A DNA stretch of 64,000 nucleotides from Nitrosopumilus sp. (GCA_965238275.1 OZ250186.1:1088001-1152000); one strand, 5' to 3'; positions 21,401 through 31,404 are shown, counted from the stretch's first letter. Numbers and translations are program-made. The notes: a model not told the origin generated them from the letters alone.

Positions 21401-22097
21401 GATTGCAGAATGCTCAAACGGCATGGAGCCGGTCTTTGCCATAGCGTACGAAAAACACGTCGCGGTGGGCCAATTCGTCTATACGAATGATTTCGTAAAA
21501 AAGACGCTGAAGTCAGAGGGGCGTTACACAAGCGAATTGGCGCAAAAGATAGCGGACAACGGCGGCTCGCTGCGCGGGATCGCCAAAATCCCGGCCAAGT
21601 ACCGCAACCTGTTCGTCACGGCCATGGACCTGCACTGGGCTGACCACATCATGGCGCAGGCGACGTGGCAAAACTGGATAGGAAACGCCATTTCCAAGAC
21701 GATAAACATGCCGCACGACGCCTCTCCGGATGACGTCAAATCCGCATACGTGCTTGCACATGAACTAGGCGTGAAAGGAATAACCGTGTACCGTGACGGC
21801 TCAAGGCACGCCCAGGTGATGCACAAGCCAGGCGACGAGTCATGTTCGGTTCCAACCATGGCACCAAGCAAGTACGTCGTGGAATACGCAAAAAGCAACA
21901 TCAAGACAAAATACGTGCAGGAGCAGCTTAACGGGTTTGCAGGCGCTGTTACCAGGAAGGTGCTAAAGGCGGACGTCCGCCCACCTGCTGCCAAGGAGGA
22001 ACGAGATCTCTGTCCCACATGCAACAGCTCGTTGACGTTTTCTGAAGGCTGCGGGATGTGCGTAGAGTGTGGGTATAGCGCGTGTTCGTCAGGATAA
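18408..22097 (+). CDS. nrdJ: Class II (adenosylcobalamin-dependent) ribonucleotide reductase with ATP cone and intein
   Basis: FLPNSPTLMNAG, QLSACFV, QGGKRRGANM, TNP/CGEQ, VAPTGS, KGITVYRDGSR, and C-terminal CPTC...CVECGYSAC. Confidence 0.96.
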   Translation: MPNRQTSKFRKRSGTVVGFDPDKIRRVIQMALTADGKEDESLATSFTAQVVERLESEGQEMQSSEHVQDLVELVLIDNGYSGTAKSLIIHRYENRKIKDEKKTLLNIQTLDPVSKKFGLNSLRVLASRCLMKNPNGDVIETPAQCLERVATGVGLADMLYSQDTFDVDGGHEQDVTEARAYLKKLDAFDNKFYIGKYYLNKYHFRSLINHYVRLCDGGHMKVSFKGVLTMLAQKKFAHLESTIQRYYDVMEAQDFLPNSPTLMNAGGKLGQLSACFVLDVGDNLGDIMDTASHTAKIFQSGGGVGINYSKIRQEGEMVASTFGVASGPVSFMNIINTVTEVVKQGGKRRGANMGIMEVWHPDIEKFITKKTEPGELENFNVSVGIWEDLWEALKNGDEYYMLRDPRDQQVAGRINLHHLMDIISHSAWKSGEPGLLFFDRVNQYNVFAKARGGPLRTTNPCVTGDTLVSTRDGLQRIESLWESQKDIEVAVDGRMGGKTFRRAPKVIASGIKDVWRLVTREGYEVRLTRDHRVMTDRGWVAASDLDGGDMIHIMNRKGGFGDAGSYEIGMILGWLVGDGTLKTERVVLPFFGEKKELAPKFAQMMEMVVPAGVGKKKYYSISVCEIKGRDEVRVSSARFLKIAAQYGLRSGHKNLVPEQVFQGTEGMQKGFLRALFSADGHINKSGGMTVRLTSISHGMLVDVQRLLLNFGIASRIYKDRRQAGTRNLPNGKGGLSQYHCKACHDLAISKDNVCRFATEIGFLTRKKQDRLLADLGAYTNGPKKEGFVTRFQELVHEGEEQVFDIVEPETHSFIGNSYVMHNCGEQNLYPYESCNLGSINVSNMTKDGKFDWERYEALIRMCARFLDCIIDVNEYPIPEIETASIESRRTGLGVMGVADLLFKLGIPYNSKRGYELQDRLAEAISYFSMDESVEIAKERGPFPLCSKSEYPDGKIPISGYYEKTGHRHDWNGLIERIKEHGIRNVLTTTVAPTGSLGMIAECSNGMEPVFAIAYEKHVAVGQFVYTNDFVKKTLKSEGRYTSELAQKIADNGGSLRGIAKIPAKYRNLFVTAMDLHWADHIMAQATWQNWIGNAISKTINMPHDASPDDVKSAYVLAHELGVKGITVYRDGSRHAQVMHKPGDESCSVPTMAPSKYVVEYAKSNIKTKYVQEQLNGFAGAVTRKVLKADVRPPAAKEERDLCPTCNSSLTFSEGCGMCVECGYSACSSG
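19788..20873 (+). mobile_element. 362-aa intein with LAGLIDADG homing endonuclease, inserted in the NP/CGE active-site motif
   Basis: Starts CVTGDT; block B LTRDHRV; LGWLVGDG and FLRALFSADG; ends VMHN followed by Cys. Confidence 0.95.
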
Positions 22098-22134
22098 GGT
22101 ACTCTGACTTATCGCTGACTGTTGGCAGTCCGGC

Positions 22135-22181
22135 GGCTTTGGTAAATTCTAGTGATCGGATCACCAAAATTTAACAGTGCC
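22135..22181. repeat. 47-bp palindromic MITE (IS6-like ends) just downstream of nrdJ
   Basis: GGCTTTGGTAAATTCTAGTGATCGGATCACCAAAATTTAACAGTGCC. Confidence 0.8.
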
Positions 22182-22459
22182 GCCGGCATTGCAAGAACCC
22201 GCCGATACGCAGATTCCGCGTAAATGATTGCGGGTTTCACGCGGGCCATGAAGGTTGCCTGGCGTGCTCCTAGTCTGGACATTCCAATTGTCGTTTTCTG
22301 TCGTTTAAAACGTCAATGTTCATTGATGCGGGTTGACAAGTCATTGGCGTACATTGACTTCACGAAATTTTTCTTCGTAGACGGCAAGCCGTTTGTTAAT
22401 GCTTTCAAGATCGCGTACGTTGCTGATGTCCATGTATTCGCGCAATTCCTCTTTGGTCA

Positions 22460-22870
22460 TCAATGACGCGTCGCTTCCTTTGTTCTTGCAACGTCATATG
22501 CGCGGCGTGCCATTTCCAGTCCCAGCGCGGCGTCGTCTGCCGTGCGTTTCCCGTTGCCCAACAACGACGAGTGTTCTTTCTGCCACAGCGCTACATTTGA
22601 AACGTTTAGTTCCGAAATTACGGACTTGTCGGGCAACAGGTCGCACAAGTCGTCTAAGTAACGCGTGAACGGAAACTTGATTCTGTCGCGCAACAGCATG
22701 GATTTTACCGATGCGTCAATGGCCCTGGACGCCAGAAGACACGCGTAGTCAAGCCTTTTGTTTTCTATGGCCCTGCCAATGTCATTGATCGTAGTTTTTG
22801 CCACGTCCAACCAGTAGGGTGCGAATGCCGCGACATCGAAACCGTCCATGCTGTCGTAATCCAACACCAT
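22460..22870 (-). CDS. HEPN-domain protein (C-terminal half of a split MNT-HEPN fusion)
   Basis: YACLLASRAIDASVKSML..IKFPFTRYLDDL..DDAALGLEMA; the usual TH(D/N)L and RY motifs are altered. Confidence 0.75.
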   Translation of the reverse strand: MVLDYDSMDGFDVAAFAPYWLDVAKTTINDIGRAIENKRLDYACLLASRAIDASVKSMLLRDRIKFPFTRYLDDLCDLLPDKSVISELNVSNVALWQKEHSSLLGNGKRTADDAALGLEMARRAYDVARTKEATRH

Positions 22871-22960
22871 AGACGTAATCCGTAATTAGTCGTTAGGCAC
22901 AAAGTGGGAATAGATGCTAGGCACGAAATGACCCAAAACTGCCTATTACGGATTATGTCT
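22871..22960. mobile_element. 90-bp IS5-type MITE with 3-bp TSD CAT
   Basis: AGACGTAATCCGTAAT ... ATTACGGATTATGTCT; CAT at 22868-22870 and 22961-22963. Confidence 0.92.
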
Positions 22961-23374
22961 CATGTCAAGGATCTTCAGACCTTCCGGTTTCACGTGCAAG
23001 AGTTTTCCTTCCCTGAACGCGTTGTATTCCGTCGTCCCGTACACGTTCACGCACCGTTTCATCGATTCGAGCGTTTCTGGTAACATTGTCGTTTTGATTA
23101 CTTCATTGCCGTCATCGTCAGTTATGGTCGGCCAAATACCGTCTTCCAATCGTTCCACCACATTCATAATGTCCAAATCACTGCGTTCTGTCGCGTCCCC
23201 CCTGGCCTGTGACCCGAACACAAGCACGGCCAGTGATTTTTCGGGAATCCCGCCGATGATTTCAGCCAATGCCGTCTTTGCCTTGCCGGTGCATTCCAGC
23301 TCGTTTACGTCATGCACGGCATGAAATGCCGTCTTTGCCGTAATGCCGCGTTGTCTTGTTTTTGCTCCCGCCAT
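22946..23374 (-). CDS. Minimal nucleotidyltransferase (MNT) domain; C-terminus supplied by the MITE
   Basis: VFGSQARGDATERSDLDI signature. Confidence 0.85.
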   Translation of the reverse strand: MAGAKTRQRGITAKTAFHAVHDVNELECTGKAKTALAEIIGGIPEKSLAVLVFGSQARGDATERSDLDIMNVVERLEDGIWPTITDDDGNEVIKTTMLPETLESMKRCVNVYGTTEYNAFREGKLLHVKPEGLKILDMRHNP

Positions 23375-23723
23375 GCCAAATATTGCAGTTTTTGTAAGTT
23401 ATAAGCATGGTTTATCGCGGCCTGGCGGACTCGGGGCAGAAAAGCGAACCGACGTTGACCGGCGAAACCATCGAGTCGCTTGTCCAGCATGCGTTTTAGG
23501 ACGTGCCGGTGGGGGCATGGTTCGTTGTCTTTTTTGAAAGGGGTTGGTTACAACAAACATGTCGTGCTTCAGGCATATCTTTGGAACAACCCGGGCAAGC
23601 CGAACTGCCGGTGAGGCGACAGCCACCCACCCCCGCATTCGCTGCATTGGTACAGAATGCCAGAATGCTTGCAGCCTGGCTCGTGTTTGAAACATTCCAT
23701 GCTTGGCACGCATGTCACGTAAT

Positions 23724-25320
23724 AGAAGATATGCGTAATCCGCCCATTTCGCCAACTCGGTCATAAAAAACCGGAAAAATACGGCCTAAAACTACTCGTG
23801 TCTGGCATGTGGCAAGTCCGTTCACCCCAAAATCCAAAATGACGTGCGCAGCCTTGCAGCACTTCATCGTGCCCTGAATTCTACTTGACCGGAGCTTGGG
23901 AGCAGGCCCTGTCCCAGTCTACTGACGTCTTCCACTGCCCCGGTGGTGGCGGGCCCTTTTCCATGCAGTCCCACAAAAGATTCAGGTTTACCAGCCCTGT
24001 GATCACGTTGAACTCCCTGTTGAACCCGGCTGCGTTGCCGTCGTACGGGTCGGTGAGGCGCGCGTAGCGCTTGAGCCTGCCTATCGTGTGCTCCACCAAC
24101 ACCCGGGTGGAGTTGATCCTGTGGTTGTGCTTTTTTTGCTCCGGCGTCAGCGGCGTGTCCCTGGTCTTCTTGTGCGGGATCTCCGGCGTGGTGCCGGGCA
24201 GGTGGTCTGCGATTCCCTGGTAGCCGCGGTCGACGAATGGGTGGCACCTGTCTGATTCTGGCAGGTCCGGATCGTGCATCGCCTTCTCCCACTTTCCAAA
24301 CGGCATGGGGCGTTCCTTGAGCAGCGTGATGTCGCCGACTGACCCGACGGTGCTTTTTGATATGCCGATCACCACCCCGTTCCGGTTGGTGTACACGTTG
24401 GTATTGTTGGTAAACTTTTTCTTCTTGCCGGAGTATTTCATGCGCCGGACTGACTTTACGGACGGGCGCTGTATGGGGCAGTGCGTGCCGTCTATGAAGA
24501 TCTCGCCCCCATCCGATCCGGGCACGATCTTCTTGAAATCTTCCCTGGTCGGGGCAGCAGCTACCTCCTCGGATATGTTGTCTGCCGTCGGAAGTATTCC
24601 TGCCAGCATCGCGTCCATCACAGGAAAGTACCGGGACACGGTGGACTGGTCTATCCCGAAGAACGCGGCAAGCGTTCCCTGCGTGATGTTTTCCTTTTTG
24701 TGCATCAGCGCCATGAGCAGCGCGTGCCTCAGGTGCAGCTTGCACCGGTTTCCGGGATCGGAGGCCCGGGATGCGTTATCGCAGAACAGCGGCATCTGGC
24801 CCGAATGCGTCAGAAACACCTTGGCCCGCTCCAGCATGTACCGGAACTGTTCCCCGTCTGCCAGCGTGGCATGGCGGAGCTTGTCCCCGTCGCGTATTAT
24901 GTCGTCTAGCACCTCTAGCAGATGCAGCGCGGGCCCCTTGCCGGGGTTCCAGCCATCGTCCCTGCTCTTCCACAGGCCGCGCTCAAGGCCCAGCTCCCTG
25001 TCTTTCTGCTCCAGCTTTTTGTCTTTCTGCTTTAGAATATTTTTTAGGCTTTTGTTTTCCTGCTCCAGCTTTTTGTCTTTCTGCTCCAGCTTTTTGTCTT
25101 TCTGCTTTAGAATATTTTTTAGGCTTTTGTTTTCCTGCTCCAGCTTTTTGTCTTTCTGCTCCAGCTTTTTGTCTTTCTGCTTTAGAATATTTTTTAGTCT
25201 TTTGTTTTCCTGCTGCAACTTGTATATGATCTGATCAGGCGAGTCTGGCATTTGATGTGAGACACGATCGTGCCTGATCTAAATTTATCGATGTGGACAG
25301 GGGGATTACGCATATTCTCT
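23724..25320 (-). mobile_element. IS5-family element with intact transposase 23881-25251
   Basis: TIR AGARRATATGCGTAATCC; TSD AAT; FIDGTH, VDRGYQG and RVLVEHTIGRLKRY motifs. Confidence 0.9.
25001..25215 (-). repeat. About three 75-bp tandem repeats encoding ENKSLKNILKQKDKKLEQKDKKLEQ
   Basis: Visible directly in the DNA and in the translation. Confidence 0.9.
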
Positions 25321-25557
25321 AATGGGCGGCACGTACAAAAAAAGAAAAAAGGTCGTACGCTGGCATCAATAATCCATCCAACAGCCGCATTCGGAAGGAA
25401 ACGTGCGCCTTACCTTCAGGCCGCAGTCTTGGCATTCGTAAACGCTTATCTCGGTGCCGCAATCCGAACAAGGGGTTGTCGTGGACACTCGTTCGGTGCC
25501 ACAGTCACAATCTGTCATTGCGCGGGGTGGAACGGTTTACGTAAAAGGGCATGCTGC

Positions 25558-25604
25558 ATCTCTGGTAAATTCTAGTGATCGGATCACCAAAATTTAACAG
25601 TGCC
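25558..25604. repeat. 47-bp palindromic MITE
   Basis: Nearly identical to 22135-22181. Confidence 0.8.
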
Positions 25605-25801
25605 AGTCCGGCAACACCGAGCATTTGATCTATCATTTGGTGGTCGCGCGTCGACGGTCTCTTCTTAGAAGCCCGAATAAGGTACGCCACACTCCTGCTT
25701 GACGACGGCCGCGCCTGCAGCCTTGTCCCATCCTTTCACCGTATTCGCTTTCGCCAAAAACAACAACTGACGGCAAACTTGTCTTTGCAGTGACTTTTTT
25801 T

Positions 25802-26386
25802 TCACTGCAAAGGCAATATTTGGGGCAAAACGCCGGATTTTGGGATATCTGCACGTGCAGCAGATTGGTTTGTGCCTGCGTCAATCTGGATCGCCTGCAG
25901 CCTCGCTTCTTGGGCCAATTCCGGAAATCTCCTGGCGATTTCGTTTAGTATGCGGTTCTTGATTATTGGATAGACATAGTGTCTGCCTGTCACGCCGTGC
26001 GTATATCCGAGCGCATCGTCATACGCGGTACATTCATGGCGCAGGTAATTGACCTTTTGCCTGTCGCTGCCACAGAGTTTCACGTATTCCGGGAAATCGT
26101 ACCTTAGATAAACCGATTCGGCCCACCGCGTGAGTCTGTGTATCTTGGTTCTCACGGCCTTTGCCGCCGCCTTCTTCCTTCTTGCATCAGGCACGTGTCT
26201 GGCAAACATTCCTGAATTTTCAGCCGCCTTGACCCGTTCGACTGCGTATAGTTTCATCTGCGGGCCGGATTTGTAGTGCGGGTTGTCAGCGTACTTGTCA
26301 GGCTCGCCAAGCAGCCTTTGTATCATTGCATTTGTCCAACCTCGCTTGCCTTTCAGGCCGGTTGGCGTGATGTATTGTTCTGCCAT
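25802..26386 (-). CDS. Basic hypothetical protein (RGWT...LGEPD...NPHY...MKLY motif, XPA C-terminal-like)
   Basis: Coding-like ORF; motif recalled from phage and bacterial hypothetical proteins; start chosen at MAEQY. Confidence 0.65.
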   Translation of the reverse strand: MAEQYITPTGLKGKRGWTNAMIQRLLGEPDKYADNPHYKSGPQMKLYAVERVKAAENSGMFARHVPDARRKKAAAKAVRTKIHRLTRWAESVYLRYDFPEYVKLCGSDRQKVNYLRHECTAYDDALGYTHGVTGRHYVYPIIKNRILNEIARRFPELAQEARLQAIQIDAGTNQSAARADIPKSGVLPQILPLQ

Positions 26387-26511
26387 GCAGCAATGCAAAC
26401 CTCCACGTATAAGCCCGGCAATCATGCGTATGGCGGGCTCTTCAAATAAGGTGATTTGACGCATATTGGTTGGATGAATTTTGTCCAAGAGTCATAATTT
26501 TGAAGAGGCAT

Positions 26512-28998
26512 TCAAGTCCGTATCCTGACGTCAATCGTGATGGGAACGTTTGAATCATTGTGAAGAGCAATCCTGCTTCCGACGATCACGTTGCACGAAT
26601 TTGATTTACTATACCAGTGATCATCGGGATCCTCGCACGTGTAATGGTAGCCCCTGCCGTCATATACATAGCCACTCACGTCAATCTCGGGCGGAAGCAC
26701 GTGCAACGCAAAGGCACCATTCTTAGCAGGCACCGAGAACGAGTATTGTACATCTCCTGTGTTGCATATAGTATATGGAATGAACCATCCTGGCCTTAAC
26801 GTGACGCTTGTTGTAAAGTCATAGTTGGCGCTGTCAGTGGTGCAGTTATTTGGAAACGACTGCCGCGCGACATCGGTGGTTATGCTGCCGTCGATCGTGA
26901 TGGAAACGTCACGATCGTTGTGTATGACTATCGAGCTGCCGGCACGCACGTAACATACGCCTGGTTTGCTGTACCAGCGCTTGTCGGGATCCTCGCATGG
27001 GTAGTGATAACCCTTGCCGTCTTTTACGTAGTCCCCCACGTCGGTCTCAGGTGGAAGCACGTACAGCGAGATGCCTGCGTTTCTGTCTGGCACCGAGAAC
27101 GAGTATTGCACGGTGCCCGTGTTGCATATTGTGTACCATCTATACCAACCGGGTTTTAACTCGTGGTTTTGGAGGTTGATGTTGTAGCGCTTGTCGTTGG
27201 TGTCACAATCGTTTGGGAATGACCGTGTTGTTGGCAGTGGGCGTGGATCCGGTGCCGTGACGGGCGGGGAGTCGGTCTGTCCGCCTTCTGCGAACTTGGA
27301 CTTGTATTCAACCCGGTTGTTTGGGTTGGGAAACCCGTCCAAACCATAGAGGTGCGTCACTCCTGCCAAGTTAAGACTTGACGGCACGTAGTTCTTACTA
27401 GCAGAATCACATGTAGGTATGCCGTTCTCCACACTGCACATCATGTCTCCTGGCTTGTTGAACGTGTGCCCCAATCCAACTGCGTGGATGAATTCGTGTG
27501 CAGCAGTACCGCTGACTTGATAATTAGAGTGTCGTCGATCACCTAACGTAGAACAGACTGTGGTGTTGATTGGTTCTGATTGGCTCGCGAGTGTCTGTGC
27601 CCAGCCAAAGGTTATACCGGAACCATCACGCAGACATCTTTCTTGGCGTTCTGCTGTAACAAGATTCACAATGACATCCGGCCTTGATTCAAACCGTTCT
27701 CCAGGCACCACCACGTCAAACGTTACGTCCCAGTTTCCACCATATTTTCCCTCAAGGCCTGTCGTCCACATCATAATGCCCTCTTGAACTGGAACTATGT
27801 GGCCTTTGACTTGATTGTATGAGTCTGGCTCTGGAATTATGGCAACGTGCGGGGGGCGATTAAAGCTGAGGGAGCGATACAACTCGATATATTCCGCATT
27901 ATCCGGGATGGTAGAGACGGGCGGACTGGGCGGAGGAGACGGATCCACGCGGCCAGATATGCGCAGAGGAAAGGTATCGCCGCACGTGGAACTGCACGTG
28001 GCCTGCCTGTCGTACCTGTCATCACCCTCAAAGACTGCAAAGATATCCACGGTGCTGTCAAAATCGGTATAATCCACAATCCAGTTTGCAGAAAAGCGCC
28101 CGTTTGATCCTACATAGCCAGTCGCGAGCAGTTCGTCCCTGCTGAAAGAATCTTCATCTTTGATGTGCACGACGATCCCTCCGGGATTCCCCCTGTCAAA
28201 ACCCAGCGTGCCAGAGAATGTCACGGTCTGGCCCACCTTTGCCGTGCTCGGAGGCGGATCTAGCGTTATGTCTCCCCCGATCTTGGTAACGTACATGTCT
28301 TGTATGCGCGAAGCATCGCGTCCATAGGACTGGTCGCCCTCGAATACGGCGCGTATCTCGCGCTCGTCCTCAAATCGGTCGACCTTGGCGATCCATGTTA
28401 TGTGGAACCGGCCGTACTGGTCTGTCGTGCCCGATTTAAGGTAGTCGTCTGGCCGAAATTCATCCTCGTCCTGTATGTACACCCTTTTCCCGGCAAGCGG
28501 TTGGCCGCCATGCGTAAGCGTTCCTGTGAATGTGACGGCATCGCCTGCATAAACATGTCCTGGGATCGGATTCAGAATCACCGCCGTGCCCCTGCGCTCG
28601 AAGACGTCCATCTCTTGGTTTCGCGTCCTGTCTTTTTTATGGTGCGAATCCCCTTCGAATATGGCATATATCTCAAACTCCGTCTCGATCGAGTCGGCTC
28701 TGACGTGCCAGTCTATGGAGAACCTTCCGTTTTGGTCAGTCCATCCACGCGTGAGAACCTCGTCAGGCCGCAAAAATTTGTCTTCCTGTATGTACACCCT
28801 TTTCCCGGCAAGCGGACTCCCGTCAGCATACAGCACACCCGTAAACGTGACGGTTTGGCCTTCGTAGGCACGTTCGGGGATCGGATCCAGCGTCAGGGAA
28901 GTGTCTGCGAACGCCGGCGGCGCCAGAGACGCGATCATGGTAACTGCCACGATCCCTGGCAGGATTTTCAGTAAGTACTTGTCAATGGGACCATGCAT
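26512..28998 (-). CDS. Secreted metzincin (matrixin-like) metalloprotease with three Ig-like repeats and two C-terminal Cys-containing repeats
   Basis: Signal peptide; repeated VTFTG.L..GRF...W...FEGD; HEFIHAVGLGH with Met-turn; duplicated SFPN.C...YTICNTG module. Confidence 0.88.
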   Translation of the reverse strand: MHGPIDKYLLKILPGIVAVTMIASLAPPAFADTSLTLDPIPERAYEGQTVTFTGVLYADGSPLAGKRVYIQEDKFLRPDEVLTRGWTDQNGRFSIDWHVRADSIETEFEIYAIFEGDSHHKKDRTRNQEMDVFERRGTAVILNPIPGHVYAGDAVTFTGTLTHGGQPLAGKRVYIQDEDEFRPDDYLKSGTTDQYGRFHITWIAKVDRFEDEREIRAVFEGDQSYGRDASRIQDMYVTKIGGDITLDPPPSTAKVGQTVTFSGTLGFDRGNPGGIVVHIKDEDSFSRDELLATGYVGSNGRFSANWIVDYTDFDSTVDIFAVFEGDDRYDRQATCSSTCGDTFPLRISGRVDPSPPPSPPVSTIPDNAEYIELYRSLSFNRPPHVAIIPEPDSYNQVKGHIVPVQEGIMMWTTGLEGKYGGNWDVTFDVVVPGERFESRPDVIVNLVTAERQERCLRDGSGITFGWAQTLASQSEPINTTVCSTLGDRRHSNYQVSGTAAHEFIHAVGLGHTFNKPGDMMCSVENGIPTCDSASKNYVPSSLNLAGVTHLYGLDGFPNPNNRVEYKSKFAEGGQTDSPPVTAPDPRPLPTTRSFPNDCDTNDKRYNINLQNHELKPGWYRWYTICNTGTVQYSFSVPDRNAGISLYVLPPETDVGDYVKDGKGYHYPCEDPDKRWYSKPGVCYVRAGSSIVIHNDRDVSITIDGSITTDVARQSFPNNCTTDSANYDFTTSVTLRPGWFIPYTICNTGDVQYSFSVPAKNGAFALHVLPPEIDVSGYVYDGRGYHYTCEDPDDHWYSKSNSCNVIVGSRIALHNDSNVPITIDVRIRT

Positions 28999-29289
28999 TC
29001 CACGAACACAACCAACGTCTTCATTGCATGATTGCTATGTGTATGTTATCTAAAGATTGTGTTAAGTAGGATGATTGTTTTTTTATGAACTTGTATTCAT
29101 ATGGTTATCCACGTCATGAATACAGACGGCCGGTTCAAATGGGTGTTCTGGTGCGCGTTGGTTGGTCATGCCTGAATCTGGATCCATAATTTTGACCAGC
29201 AATAACTTGATTGTAAGCTCACTTTTGAACAGTTGATTCCGCAAGATCCTGGAGAATATCCGTATAGCTTACTTTCGAACAGCAGATAC

Positions 29290-29316
29290 GCCAGATCACA
29301 ATAATTGAACAGAACC
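29290..29316. repeat. Isolated IS6-like MITE right end
   Basis: GCCAGATCACAATAATTGAACAGAACC, compared with GCCAGATCACCAAAAATGAACAGTGCC at 6635-6661. Confidence 0.5.
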
Positions 29317-29401
29317 ACAATCCGGCGAAACCGCCCGAAGAATTAACAGAGTGGGGCACCATACACCATAAATAGCCATCAAGAAGAGCACAAATAGAAC
29401 T

Positions 29402-31213
29402 TTGAAAACAGACATTCTTACACCCAAAGATCTATTTGCAAAAGACGTACACTACATAATTCCACCCTTCCAGCGCCACTACGTTTGGTCCCAAGATGCA
29501 CAGTGGGAGCCCTTGTGGGAGGACGTCCGCAACGTGGCCGAAAACTATCTTGAAAAGATGGGACAGACACACGCAGACGAACGGGAGGCTTGGGGGCGCT
29601 CTAGGCCTCACTTTCTAGGCGCCATTGTCATACAACAGATCCCCACCACTGCAAAAGAAATTGATCAGCGAAATGTGATCGATGGGCAGCAAAGAGTGAC
29701 TACGTTGCAGCTTCTTTTGGATGCCATTCAGTGGATTTGTGAGGGTTCGGAATACCCATATCTCAATAAGACAGCAAAGCGTCTAGCCAAGTTTGTTGTC
29801 AACGACCAGGAACTTTTTGAGGGCAATCACATTTTCAAGCTTCGACCGACCAAAAGCGACGAGGATGCATTCAGGCACGCTATGGATAATGGACTTGCGA
29901 CAGATAATTTTAGTGAATCACCCATTGTAAAGGCTCATGAGTTTTTCCAACGTCAGATTACAGCGTGGCTTGAGTATGGAAAAGAACCAATAGAAAACAG
30001 AATCGATGCACTTGTAGAGACAACAACTGCAATGCTCCAAATAGTTGTAATTGATCTAGATGGACAAGACGATCCAAACATAATATTTGAAACATTAAAC
30101 GCACGTGGTACGCCTCTAGAACAATCTGATCTTATCAAGAATTTTGTATTCTCTCTATCAAGAGACTCAAAAAGTGATATCTGGGAGAATCTAAATGATA
30201 AATGGTGGAAAAAAGAGATCAGTCAGGGACGTCTTTATAGACCGCGCTTGGATATGATCTTCAACTACTGGCTCATGATGCGCAAGGGTGCAGAAGTACC
30301 ACCATCAAAGGTATTTGACGAGTTTCGCAAGCATGTAAATAAACAGGATATCCAACAGGTCATGTCTGAAATAAGGCAAGACTTTGCTGCCTATCGTATG
30401 TTCGAAGAATCCCAAGGGCGCAATCCTACAGAAAAATCATTTCACCGTCACATGACCATTATGCAGGCAGGCGTGATAACACCAGTGCTATTGCTGTTGT
30501 TATCTGACAAGGCAGGAACACACACAAGAGCCCTTGATGCATTGGAGAGTTTCTTAATACGCAGAATGATCTGCCGAGATACTACAAAAGACTACAATAG
30601 AATGATGCTGGAGCTTGCCAGTCAATTACGTAACACTAATCCGAACAAGGCAAGTGCCACCATCATCGAATTCCTTAGAGAACAGGAAGCAGATTCAAGA
30701 AAATGGCCAAGTGATGAGGAGATAGAGCACCATCTAGGACAATCCCCACTCTACAACTTGTTAACAAGAGGCAGATTGAGATTGGTGCTTGAGGGTATAG
30801 AGCGGCAATTAAGGTCATCAGGAAAGACCGAACAGTACGACTTTGGAGAAAAATTATCAATTGAGCATAGGATGCCTGTTGGCTGGAGATCGGCAGGGGC
30901 TCAGAACTGGCCACTTCCAGACGGAATCAGTGAAGACAGACGCGACACACTCATCAACTCAATCGGCAACCTCACACTAGTGACTCAGAAACTCAATTCT
31001 GCAATGTCTAATTCCCCTTGGAAACACAAACGTGGCGAGCTTGGAAAACACAGCATTCTCCTATTAAACAAAGAATTACCCCTCTCTTGGGCCGAAAAAG
31101 ACATCACTGCTAGGAGCCGTCGAATGGCACGCCTCGTATCAGAAAGATGGCCGGGCCCAAACTCCAAGAAATGGAATGACGCAGATATCCCAGTACCGAA
31201 TTCCGGCAGGTAA
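29402..31213 (+). CDS. gmrSD: DUF262-DUF1524 GmrSD-family type IV restriction endonuclease
   Basis: IPPFQRHYVW, IDGQQRVTT, IFETLNARG, SIEHRMP and IGNLTL..LNS motifs; lower GC than flanks. Confidence 0.9.
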   Translation: MKTDILTPKDLFAKDVHYIIPPFQRHYVWSQDAQWEPLWEDVRNVAENYLEKMGQTHADEREAWGRSRPHFLGAIVIQQIPTTAKEIDQRNVIDGQQRVTTLQLLLDAIQWICEGSEYPYLNKTAKRLAKFVVNDQELFEGNHIFKLRPTKSDEDAFRHAMDNGLATDNFSESPIVKAHEFFQRQITAWLEYGKEPIENRIDALVETTTAMLQIVVIDLDGQDDPNIIFETLNARGTPLEQSDLIKNFVFSLSRDSKSDIWENLNDKWWKKEISQGRLYRPRLDMIFNYWLMMRKGAEVPPSKVFDEFRKHVNKQDIQQVMSEIRQDFAAYRMFEESQGRNPTEKSFHRHMTIMQAGVITPVLLLLLSDKAGTHTRALDALESFLIRRMICRDTTKDYNRMMLELASQLRNTNPNKASATIIEFLREQEADSRKWPSDEEIEHHLGQSPLYNLLTRGRLRLVLEGIERQLRSSGKTEQYDFGEKLSIEHRMPVGWRSAGAQNWPLPDGISEDRRDTLINSIGNLTLVTQKLNSAMSNSPWKHKRGELGKHSILLLNKELPLSWAEKDITARSRRMARLVSERWPGPNSKKWNDADIPVPNSGR

Positions 31214-31217
31214 AAAA

Positions 31218-31404
31218 ATGCCTACAATATTTGACAATCTCCCCCCCCCCCGAATCACGCCTCTTGCCCGCTCTGCAAGATATGATGAAACTGTCCCACA
31301 AGGCAGATTTCTGTGTTGGATACATAAATCTCCGCGAGTGGGGGGGAGGACTGGCAGCTCATGTGGACCGTTGGGACGAGAACGAAGAATCATACCGCAT
31401 CCTG
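31218..31404 (+). pseudogene. N-terminal remnant of a PLD-domain / SNF2-type helicase gene, truncated by an IS end
   Basis: MPTIFDN...LLPAL...ADFCVGYINLR.W; frameshift in a C11 run; IS5-type TIR at 31405. Confidence 0.6.
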
